Source: an uncultured Candidatus Rokubacteria bacterium
GTDB taxonomy: Bacteria; Methylomirabilota; Methylomirabilia; Rokubacteriales; CSP1-6
Length of the DNA: 64,000 nucleotides
Assembly (NCBI GenBank): GCA_963771355.1
Contig: CAVYTA010000005.1
Coordinates: forward strand, 352,001 to 416,000
Direction: 5' to 3'
A program made the position numbers and the translations under genes. Position 1 is the stretch's first letter, and the number at the start of each line of letters is the position of its first letter. Below are positions 56,041 to 64,000 of the stretch, piece after piece. Below the pieces are notes generated by a model. It was given only the letters and a program-made list of their open reading frames with translations, ran no database searches and had not been told where the DNA came from.

Positions 56041-56171
56041 GAGGCCATCGACTCCAAGTACCTGTTTAAATTATATTTTTACTATCACGCCCCTGATGTA
56101 TCTACAATTTTGGAAGGGATGTTCCTCTCGCATAGTCGCTCCCATCAAATGTGGGGAGACCTTCAGAACCC

Positions 56172-57521
56172 CTACCGGCCTCGGTTCGAAGCCCCGGCCC
56201 AGTAGCCTCGGCCTCGGCTGCCCGCGCCGCTCCGGGCCGGCGGGTGCGCCGGGCCCTGACCACGCCCTTGACCCGCCGCGTGGGCCGGACCCTGCCGGGC
56301 GGCCTTGTCACGGGCGCGGGCTCGCTCGGAGGCCTTCTGGGCCCGGAGGGCGGCGATGCGCTCCGCCAGCGGGATCTCCAGCCGCTCGGCCGGCCGCTGC
56401 GCGTAATCGAAGCCCTCGAGCTTGAGCCGCGGGAGGGGATTGCCGACCGCGCGCTCGATGGCCTTGAGATCACCCATCTCGTCGGGCGCCACGAAGGTGA
56501 CGGCCTCTCCGACCGCGCCCGCCCGCGCAGTGCGCCCGGCGCGGTGGATGTAATCGTCGGGCACGTTGGGGACGTCGAAGTTCACCACGTGGGAGAGCTC
56601 GTCGATGTCGATGCCACGCGCCGCGATGTCGGTGGCGACCAGCACGCGGTACTTGCCGCGCTTGAAGCCCTCCAGGGCATGGGTGCGCTGGGCCTGGCTC
56701 CGGTTGCCGTGGATGCGGTCCGTGGCAATGCCCCGCTTGGCGAGCTGCTCGGCCAGGCGGTTGGCGCGGTGCTTGGTGCGGGTGAAGACGAGCACGCTGC
56801 GCATCTCCTCCCGCTTGAGGAGCGCCGCGAGCAGCCCGCCCTTGAGATCCTGCGCCACCGCGTAGACGGAATGCGTGATGCCGATGGCCGGCGCCGCCTG
56901 CCGCTCCTGGTTGATCGGCACCGGGTTCCGCAGGAACTCGCGCGCGAGGGCGGCGATGGGCGCGGGCATGGTGGCCGAGAAGAGGAGGGTCTGCCGCTGC
57001 TTCGGGAGCTTCCCGAGGATGCGGCGGATGTCGGGGAGGAAGCCCATGTCCAGCATGCGGTCGGCCTCGTCGAGCACCAGCACCTCGAGGGCGTCGAGGC
57101 GGACATAGGGATGCTGCATGTGGTCGAGGAGCCGGCCCGGCGTGGCGACGATGATGTCCACGCCACGGCGGAAGGCGGTCTCCTGCGGGCCCATGCCGAC
57201 GCCGCCGAACACCGCGGCGCCCTTGACGGGCGTGAACCGGGCGAGATCGCGGAGATCGGCCTCGATCTGCGCGGCCAGCTCACGCGTGGGCGCGATCACG
57301 AGCGCGCGCACGGCGCCGCGCGGCTTGTCCATCAGGCGCTGCGCGATGGGGAGAAGGAAGGCGGCGGTCTTGCCGCTGCCGGTCATGGCGCAGGCGACCA
57401 CGTCACGGCCGGCAAGCACGGGCGGAATGGCGTCGCGCTGGATCGGCGTGGGCGTCGTGAAGCCGAGGGCCTCGACGGCGCGCAGGAAGGCGGAGTGGAG
57501 ATTCAGGGCAGCGAAGGACAT
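56172..57521 (-). CDS. rhlE: DEAD-box RNA helicase (RhlE-like)
   Basis: PTPIQ, TGSGKT, PTRELA, DEAD, SAT, ARGID, HRAGRTAR. Confidence 0.9.
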   Translation of the reverse strand: MSFAALNLHSAFLRAVEALGFTTPTPIQRDAIPPVLAGRDVVACAMTGSGKTAAFLLPIAQRLMDKPRGAVRALVIAPTRELAAQIEADLRDLARFTPVKGAAVFGGVGMGPQETAFRRGVDIIVATPGRLLDHMQHPYVRLDALEVLVLDEADRMLDMGFLPDIRRILGKLPKQRQTLLFSATMPAPIAALAREFLRNPVPINQERQAAPAIGITHSVYAVAQDLKGGLLAALLKREEMRSVLVFTRTKHRANRLAEQLAKRGIATDRIHGNRSQAQRTHALEGFKRGKYRVLVATDIAARGIDIDELSHVVNFDVPNVPDDYIHRAGRTARAGAVGEAVTFVAPDEMGDLKAIERAVGNPLPRLKLEGFDYAQRPAERLEIPLAERIAALRAQKASERARARDKAARQGPAHAAGQGRGQGPAHPPARSGAGSRGRGYWAGASNRGR

Positions 57522-57783
57522 GGAGATTCGACCTCTGTCGAGCGGGCTTCTCGCCGGGCAAGGAACCGCGCTACTGTGTGTCCGGCGTGATTTGGGAAGA
57601 ACGGGGGGATTTGCCGGGGGAAACCGCCGTTCGGGCTCTCTGAAACGCTTCGAGAACGTCATGAGTATCGCACGGGGATGGTGATTCGCCTAGCGATTCG
57701 TCGCCGGCCGTCGAGGCTGCGCCACCTGGGGTATCTTCGGAGGCCAAGGGAGGCGGCCCGAGGCGAATGGACACCGTGCTCGC

Positions 57784-57876
57784 CTGATCGGGTCTCACCT
57801 CAATGCCAGGCTGATCGGGCGGGTGGCCGGAGTGGGCTTCATTGCCGTGGGCGTCTGGACCTTGTGGAGAGCGTAG
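57784..57876 (+). pseudogene. C-terminal remnant of a TMEM165/GDT1 (UPF0016)-like membrane protein
   Basis: LIGSHLNARLIGRVAGVGFIAVGVWTLWRA*; no start, upstream frame unrelated. Confidence 0.45.
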
Positions 57877-57880
57877 AGCG

Positions 57881-58222
57881 ATGAGCTTGTTGTTCTCTGT
57901 TCAGGGCCGGATCGGCCGGTCTACCTATTGGCTCAAGTTCTGCCTGCCCTATCTCGCGATCTACCTGCTGCTGTTGGCGGCCGACTGGAGGCTGGGAACC
58001 TACGACCCCGACGAGAAGACCGTCGGCCTCCTGTCCGGAATCTTCGTGGCGGTGGCGCTCTACTCGTCGATCGCGGTCAACGTGAAGCGGTGCCACGACC
58101 GGGATCATTCCGGATGGTTCCTGCTGCTGGGACTCATTCCCATCCTGAACCTGTGGCCGTTCATCGAGCTCGGGTTCCTGGCCGGCACCGACGGGCCCAA
58201 CGGGTACGGGGACCCCGAGTAG
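57881..58222 (+). CDS. DUF805 family membrane protein
   Basis: FSVQGRIGRSTYW, VKRCHD, GTDGPNGYG. Confidence 0.9.
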   Translation: MSLLFSVQGRIGRSTYWLKFCLPYLAIYLLLLAADWRLGTYDPDEKTVGLLSGIFVAVALYSSIAVNVKRCHDRDHSGWFLLLGLIPILNLWPFIELGFLAGTDGPNGYGDPE

Positions 58223-58286
58223 GCATGGCGCGCCGGGGAAGGGGCTCCGCTTCGTCGCCGAGCCGCTCAAATAGAGCAGGCGAGTC

Positions 58287-58658
58287 ATGACACACCGCTA
58301 CCAGGCCATCAACTTCCAGGACAAGCTCGCCCGCTTCAGCGATCACTGGGCGCCGAAGGTGGTGGCCCAGATGAACGACTACCAGCTCAAGCTCGTGAAG
58401 ATCCAGGGTGAGTTCGTGTGGCATAGCCATGCCGACACCGACGAGGTGTTCATCGTGCTGGACGGCCGGATGCGAATCGAGCTGCGGGACGGCGGAGTGG
58501 ACCTCGGGCCGGGGGAGATGTTCGTGGTCCCGAAGGGCGTCGAGCACAAGCCGTCCGCGCCGGACGAATGCCGGATCCTGTTGGTGGAGCCGAAGGGCGT
58601 CGTCAATACCGGCGATGCGGGTGGGGCCAAGACCGCTCCGAACGACGTCTGGATCTGA
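58287..58658 (+). CDS. Cupin domain protein
   Basis: [14 protein letters not shown]...[12 protein letters not shown]. Confidence 0.92.
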   Translation: MTHRYQAINFQDKLARFSDHWAPKVVAQMNDYQLKLVKIQGEFVWHSHADTDEVFIVLDGRMRIELRDGGVDLGPGEMFVVPKGVEHKPSAPDECRILLVEPKGVVNTGDAGGAKTAPNDVWI

Positions 58659-58750
58659 AAGGAGGGGGCGATGGACGCCGGCAACGGGCTGATCGTCACG
58701 CTCTGGGAGAACGCCCGACGCCCTGCACGCGAGCGAGAAGCCCGCCTGCC

Positions 58751-59205
58751 ATGAGACGCGAGCTGACACGCCGGCAGATGGTGAAAGGGGTAGTCCAGAT
58801 CGCCGGAGCGATGGCCCTGACGGGTGCGGACACCTCGCGGCGGCGGCGGCGACGCCACCCGCGGAGCGCTCCCGGTTCATGGCGCGCGCGTTCGAGATGC
58901 GACGCATCGCGGTGGAGCGCGGCGACCAGGCCTATGGCGCCGTCATCGTGCGGGACGCTCAGGTCGTCGGCGAAGGAGTGAGTGCGGTCCTGACGACGCC
59001 CGATCCGACCGCCCACGGCGAAATCCAGGCGATCCGGGACGCCGCGCGCCGCCTCGGCACGCCCCAGCTGGCCGGCTGCGAGCTCTACACGACGTTTCGC
59101 CCGTGCCCCATGTGCGAGACCGCCGCCTACTGGGCCGGAGTGGCGCGGATCTACCACGGGGAGGCGGTCACCGACGCCGGCGCGCCTCGTTTTCCCAGGT
59201 GTTGA
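58751..59205 (+). CDS. Nucleoside deaminase (TadA/GuaD-like) with a Tat signal separated by a 1-bp frameshift near 58826
   Basis: DPTAHGE, PCPMC; upstream MRRELTRRQMVKG in adjacent frame. Confidence 0.8.
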
Positions 59206-59338
59206 GCGCATCCAGCGGACGAGGAGGATCTCGCGGGCTCCCAGGACTCGCATTCGCATGGCAGTATCGTGGTCGAGTCGTCGTCTGCCCCGCGCACAGG
59301 CCGTGCCTTGATGGTGAGCTCGACGGAGGTGAAGGGTC

Positions 59339-59704
59339 ATGGAATCAGACATCGATGGCTCGCTGACGACACCGGTGGGGCCGCGCGAGCCCTCGCGCCC
59401 GCGGCAGGCGATCCGGCAGCTGCGCATCGGCCACCAGGCCATCGGCTCCAGCGCGATGGGCGCGCAGGTGTCCGGCTCGCTGGCGGTGGGCGCGGTTGCC
59501 CTGGGCGCCATGGCCGTCGGGGCACTGGCGCTGGGCACGCTCGCCATCGCCCGCCTCGTGATCGGGCGGGTGCGGATCCGTCACGCGCGCATTCAGGGCC
59601 TCGAGATCGAGGACCTGAAAGTGGCGCGCTTGCTGGTCCGCGAGCTCCGCGTGGTCGAGAAGCTCGTCACCCCCGCCGACCCGAAGGGGAGTCGGCCGGC
59701 GTAG
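59339..59704 (+). CDS. Hypothetical protein with five-residue repeats
   Basis: GSLAV-GAVAL-GAMAV-GALAL-GTLAI...; GGAGGT RBS. Confidence 0.7.
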   Translation: MESDIDGSLTTPVGPREPSRPRQAIRQLRIGHQAIGSSAMGAQVSGSLAVGAVALGAMAVGALALGTLAIARLVIGRVRIRHARIQGLEIEDLKVARLLVRELRVVEKLVTPADPKGSRPA

Positions 59705-59764
59705 AGAGACAGGCCATTCCCGGCCTACCCTGAAGCGACCGATCACGGGCGTGCAGATTCGCTC

Positions 59765-60538
59765 TCAGCGCCGCGGCGCGGGCGCGCCATGGCGGCCCTC
59801 GCCGGCAGCGAAGCGCGCGGCGCCCTCGCGGCTCTCGCCCGAGTCGCGGGTGACCCGACCCAGCGCGTACTCGCGCGCGAGGGCGGCGTCGAGATCCATT
59901 CCCCAGCTTTCGTAGGCCGACCGTCGGTCGCTGCGCAGACAGAGCGGCGGCAGCTCGGCCAGCGAGCGCGCCAGCGCTTCCGCGTCCTCCCGCGCCCGGC
60001 CCGCGGGCACCACCCGATTGGCGAGACCGATGTGCAGGGCCTCCTGCGCATCCACCGCGCGCCCGGTGAGGATGAGGTCCAGCGCGCGGCTCATGCCGAT
60101 GAGGCGGGGCAGCCGTACCGTCCCGCCGTCGAGCAGGGGCACCCCCCAGCGCCGGCAGAAGACGCCGAAGGTGGCCGTCTCTTCCATCACGCGGAGATCA
60201 CACCAGAGGGCCAGCTCGAGCCCGCCCGCCACCGCATAGCCGGCGACGGCGGCGATCACGGGCTTTCCGAGCAGCATGCGCGTGGGCCCCATGGGCCCAT
60301 CTCCGGTAGCCTCGACACGAAGCCCGCGCTCGGTGCCGAAGGACTTGAGGTCGGCGCCGCCGCAGAAGGTTCCCCCGGCGCCCCAGAGCACTGCCGCGCG
60401 CGCGTCCGGATCGGCCTCGAAGGCGCGAAAGGCCTCGGTCAGCGCCCGCGCGCTCGGCCCATCCACCGCATTGCGTGCCTCGGGACGGTCCATGATCACG
60501 GTCGTCACCGCGCCCTGCTTCTCCACTCGGATCGCCAT
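59765..60538 (-). CDS. Crotonase/enoyl-CoA hydratase family protein
   Basis: RPEARNAVD, FCGGADL, GGLELALWCD, FCRRWGVPL. Confidence 0.93.
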   Translation of the reverse strand: MAIRVEKQGAVTTVIMDRPEARNAVDGPSARALTEAFRAFEADPDARAAVLWGAGGTFCGGADLKSFGTERGLRVEATGDGPMGPTRMLLGKPVIAAVAGYAVAGGLELALWCDLRVMEETATFGVFCRRWGVPLLDGGTVRLPRLIGMSRALDLILTGRAVDAQEALHIGLANRVVPAGRAREDAEALARSLAELPPLCLRSDRRSAYESWGMDLDAALAREYALGRVTRDSGESREGAARFAAGEGRHGAPAPRR

Positions 60539-60581
60539 GGCTGGGCTCCTCCCCGAGGCAGCTTACAGTAGAATGACCCGC

Positions 60582-62534
60582 ATGAGCCTCGACGACGTCG
60601 TCTGGCGCCCCGATCCCGCCGTCGCCGCCCGCACCCGCATCGCCCGCTTCATGGCCGCGCACAGTATCGACTCGCTGGCCACGCTGCAGCGCCGGTCCAT
60701 CGACGATCCCGAGTGGTACTGGGACGCGGTGCTGCGCGACCTCGGCTTCGTCTGGAGCAAGCCGTACACGAAGGTGCTGGACGACTCACGCGGCATCATG
60801 TGGCCGTCGTGGTTTCCCGGCGGCGCCATGAACCTGACCGTGAACGCGCTGGACCGGCACGTGAAGGCGGGACGGGGTGAGAAGCCCGCGGTGGTCTGGG
60901 AATCCGAGAGCGGGGAGGTCGTCACCCTCAGCTACGCCACGCTGGCGCGCGAGGTGAACCGCCTCGCCAATGCCCTGCGCCGGCTCGGAATCCGCGAGAA
61001 CGACACCGTCGGCATCTTTCTCCCCATGAGCGCCGAGGCGGTGATCGCCACGCTCGCCGTCAACCGGATCGGCGCCATCTACACGCCGTGCTTCTCGGGC
61101 TATGGCGGCGCCGCGGTGGCGGCGCGCCTCCAGGGCTGCGACGCCAAGGTGCTCATCACCGCCGACGGCTTCTATCGGCGCGGGCAGGTGGTGCCGATGA
61201 AGCGCACCGCGGATGAGGCGGTGGCGGCCTCGCCCACGGTGAAGCACGTGATCGTCTTGCGTCGGCTGGGCGGGAAGGCACCCGAGCCCGCGCCGTGGAC
61301 ACCCGGCCGTGACCACTGGTGGCAGGAGCTGGTCCTCGCGGAGTCGCCCGACTGCCCGGCGGCCGCGGTGCCGGCGGACCACCCCGCGCTCATCATCTAT
61401 ACCTCGGGCACCACCGGGAAGCCCAAGGGCACCGTGCTCACCCATGGCGGCTTCTCGCTCAAGAACGCGCACGACTTCGCCTACTGCTTCGACATCGGCG
61501 AGGGCGACCGCGTCTTCTGGGTCACCGACCTCGGGTGGCTCATGGGGCCCATGCTCATCTGCGGCGCGCTGCTGCTGGGCGCCACCGCCGTGCTCTTCGA
61601 GGGCACGCCCGATTACCCGCAGCCGGACCGGCTCTGGGCGCTGGTGGCGAAGCATCGCATCACCCACATGGGCATCTCGCCCACCGCGGTGCGCGCGCTC
61701 ATGCCGCATGGCGATGCCTGGTGGAAGAAGCACGACCGCTCCTCGCTCCGCATCGTGGCCTCCACCGGCGAGCCCTGGAATCCCGAGCCCTATCGCTGGC
61801 TCTTCGAGGCCATCGGCGCGGGCCGCGTGCCCATCATCAACTACACCGGCGGCACCGAGATCTCGGGCGGCATCCTCTCCTGCTTCCCCATCGCGCCCAT
61901 CAAGCCCTGCTCCTTCGCGGGGCCGATTCCCGGCATGGCCGCCGAGGTCTTCGGCGACGACGGCCGGCCCGTGCGCGAGCAGGTGGGCGAGCTCGTGATC
62001 ACGCGCCCGTGGCCCGGCATGACCAAGGGCTTCTGGCAGGATGCCGCGCGCTACGAGGAGACCTACTGGTCGCGCTGGCCGGGCGTGTGGACGCATGGCG
62101 ACTGGGCCTTCGTGGACGAGGACGGCTTCTGGTTCATCCACGGCCGCTCGGACGACACGCTGAAGATCGCCGGCAAGCGGGTGGGGCCCGCCGAGGTGGA
62201 GTCGGTGCTGGTCGGTCATCCGGCGGTCGCGGAGGCGGCCGCCATCGGCGTGCCGCACGAGATCAAGGGCGAGACGGTAGTCTGCTTCGCGGTGCTGCGC
62301 CCGGGGCAGGCGCCCTCGGAGCCGCTGCGCGCCGAGCTGATCGAGAAGGTGGTGCAGGCCATGGGCAAGGCCATCAAGCCCGAGCGGGTGCTCTTCGCCG
62401 CGGAGCTGCCCAAGACCCGCAGCGCCAAGATCATGCGCCGGGTGATCCGCGCGACCTATCTGGGCAAGGAGCCCGGCGACCTCTCCTCGCTGGACAATCC
62501 GGGCGGCCTGAAGGCGATCGCGGAAGCGACCTAG
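60582..62534 (+). CDS. Acetyl-CoA synthetase-like AMP-forming acyl-CoA ligase
   Basis: YTSGTTGKPKG, STGEPWN, GRSDD, LPKTRSAKIMRR. Confidence 0.92.
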   Translation: MSLDDVVWRPDPAVAARTRIARFMAAHSIDSLATLQRRSIDDPEWYWDAVLRDLGFVWSKPYTKVLDDSRGIMWPSWFPGGAMNLTVNALDRHVKAGRGEKPAVVWESESGEVVTLSYATLAREVNRLANALRRLGIRENDTVGIFLPMSAEAVIATLAVNRIGAIYTPCFSGYGGAAVAARLQGCDAKVLITADGFYRRGQVVPMKRTADEAVAASPTVKHVIVLRRLGGKAPEPAPWTPGRDHWWQELVLAESPDCPAAAVPADHPALIIYTSGTTGKPKGTVLTHGGFSLKNAHDFAYCFDIGEGDRVFWVTDLGWLMGPMLICGALLLGATAVLFEGTPDYPQPDRLWALVAKHRITHMGISPTAVRALMPHGDAWWKKHDRSSLRIVASTGEPWNPEPYRWLFEAIGAGRVPIINYTGGTEISGGILSCFPIAPIKPCSFAGPIPGMAAEVFGDDGRPVREQVGELVITRPWPGMTKGFWQDAARYEETYWSRWPGVWTHGDWAFVDEDGFWFIHGRSDDTLKIAGKRVGPAEVESVLVGHPAVAEAAAIGVPHEIKGETVVCFAVLRPGQAPSEPLRAELIEKVVQAMGKAIKPERVLFAAELPKTRSAKIMRRVIRATYLGKEPGDLSSLDNPGGLKAIAEAT

Positions 62535-63160
62535 CGGAAGATCTTCTTCACCGCGTTCACGCCTTCGTCCACGGCCTTGCCGATCTCCTTGGTGGGCGAG
62601 GCACCGCCGCCGGAAGTGCCCGCGGCCGGGCTGGCGGGGGTGGGGGCCGCGCCCGCCGAGGTCGAAGGGCGCGGGGTCAGCCGCACGCGGATGTCCGCGG
62701 TATTTCCCGCGATCACGTAAATGGTGCGCGCCTCGGTGTTGAAGCGCGGATGGCTGACCCGCAGCCGGTAGGAACCTTCCTTGATGGAGTGCCGCGCGCG
62801 GCCGCTGGCGTCCGGCGTGAGCGTGGTCACCAGCGCGTCCTTGAGCGTGAACACTTCCAGGGTGGCGTCGGCAATCGTCTTTTCCGTGCGCGCGTCCACC
62901 GCGGCCGCGATCACGTCGCCGCGCGTCGGAACCACGGGCGCGGTGACCCAGAAATAGGAGTAGGCGAACCCGCCGATGGACAGGAGGCCCGCCAGGAGGC
63001 CCACGATCGTCTGCATGTGGGGCAGGGAGGGATGCTGGAGCCAGGCGGCGATGCGGTCGGAAACCGTCCCGGGCGCGCCCGCCGGTGTCCGGGCCGGCGG
63101 GGGGACGGGCGACGCGGGCGGCTTCTGGGGCACCTCGGTCTCGGAAATCGGCTGGGCCAT
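62531..63160 (-). CDS. Membrane-anchored protein with carboxypeptidase-regulatory-like beta-sandwich domain
   Basis: Pro-rich N-terminus, one TM helix, DARTEKTIADAT...GSYRLRVSHP. Confidence 0.65.
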   Translation of the reverse strand: MAQPISETEVPQKPPASPVPPPARTPAGAPGTVSDRIAAWLQHPSLPHMQTIVGLLAGLLSIGGFAYSYFWVTAPVVPTRGDVIAAAVDARTEKTIADATLEVFTLKDALVTTLTPDASGRARHSIKEGSYRLRVSHPRFNTEARTIYVIAGNTADIRVRLTPRPSTSAGAAPTPASPAAGTSGGGASPTKEIGKAVDEGVNAVKKIFR

Positions 63161-63361
63161 TGCTCCCAGAGTAACAGGAGTCGCGGAGAGGGGACAACCG
63201 AATGCCCCCGCGCGGGGCGGGGCGAGGTGCTTGGTTATGAGGCCCGCGCCGGCGGGGGCACGCGGATGCGGACGGAGTGTTATCATCTCCCCGCCCCCGC
63301 TCCCTCGACGAGGGCGGGGCAGCCGGGGAGAGCATCCGCGTTCAACGAGAGGAGAGCCCGC

Positions 63362-64000
63362 ATGAGGCACGCGAAGTGGCCAGCGAAGTTGATAGTCGCG
63401 GTGGTGGGAGTGGTCGCAATGGCGCTGGGGGTCGGCGCGTTCGTTCAGGCGCAGCAGGGACTCAGCGGTGAGTACAAGATCGGGGTCCTCGAGCCCCTGA
63501 CCGGCAACCTCGCCGCCGAGGGAAAGCGGCATCTCGAAGGCATGGAGATCATGCGCGACCTCATCAACGAGCGCTTCGGCGGCGTGATGGGCAAGAAGCT
63601 CACCTTCGTCGTGGGCGATGCCGTCGATCCCACGGTCGCCGCCTCCGAGGCCACCCGCCTGGCCACGCGGGAAGGGGTCAAGATCATCACCGGCACCTTC
63701 TCCTCCACGCTGTGCGGCGCCGCCAGCGAGGCGGCCGCGCGCCAGAACGTCATCTACTGGGAGACCTCCTGCGTGGACCCGCGCCTCACCCGCCGCGGGC
63801 TCAAGAACGTGTACCGCACCGAGATCGACGGCACCGGGTTCGGCTGGTACAACATCGAGTTCATCGCCAAGCACCTGGCCCACCGTCTGGGTAAGAAGCC
63901 GAACGAGCTGCGCATCGCCTACCTCTCCGAGGATTCCTCGTACGGCCAGAGCGTGACGGAGACGGCGCGCCAGCGGGCGAAGCAGGAGTTCGGGATGCAG
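63362..64000 (+). CDS. Branched-chain amino acid-type ABC substrate-binding protein, runs off window end
   Basis: Manual translation: signal peptide, YKIGVLEPLTG, GGVMGKKL, ITGTFSS; AGGAG RBS. Confidence 0.88.
   Translation, partial: MRHAKWPAKLIVAVVGVVAMALGVGAFVQAQQGLSGEYKIGVLEPLTGNLAAEGKRHLEGMEIMRDLINERFGGVMGKKLTFVVGDAVDPTVAASEATRLATREGVKIITGTFSSTLCGAASEAAARQNVIYWETSCVDPRLTRRGLKNVYRTEIDGTGFGWYNIEFIAKHLAHRLGKKPNELRIAYLSEDSSYGQSVTETARQRAKQEFGMQ

Noticed and set aside
57522..57780. Structured ncRNA or Mn riboswitch in the helicase upstream region
   Set aside because: Only short GC hairpins; no yybP-ykoY or other recognisable motif.

Overview
Very GC-rich, gene-dense bacterial chromosomal window with about 65 CDS. 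By eye I found no rRNA, tRNA, CRISPR array, transposase or phage genes. The composition and repertoire (many SBPs, LLM oxidoreductases, SDRs, crotonases, ThDP enzymes) are reminiscent of Candidatus Rokubacteria/Methylomirabilota; this is inference only. Main content: a peptide ABC transporter, amine/acyl-CoA catabolic operons, sthA, a sulfite/nitrite reductase-siroheme operon, a Ugp-like polyol-phosphate uptake locus, a Cfa-like lipid-modification locus, a Mo-hydroxylase large subunit, a DEAD-box helicase and an acyl-CoA synthetase. Best leads: (1) an unannotated Cys-rich 23-codon leader ORF with terminator/antiterminator geometry ahead of the reductase operon, a candidate cysteine-sensing attenuator; (2) a Cfa-type methyltransferase split into two genes around a geranylgeranyl-reductase-family gene, a candidate mid-chain methyl-branched lipid pathway; (3) four sigma54-type promoters, each before a small or orphan gene; (4) a 116-bp inverted-repeat element and other short repeats. 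Several single-base frameshifts may be assembly errors rather than pseudogenes. All product calls rest on motif recognition, with no database searches.
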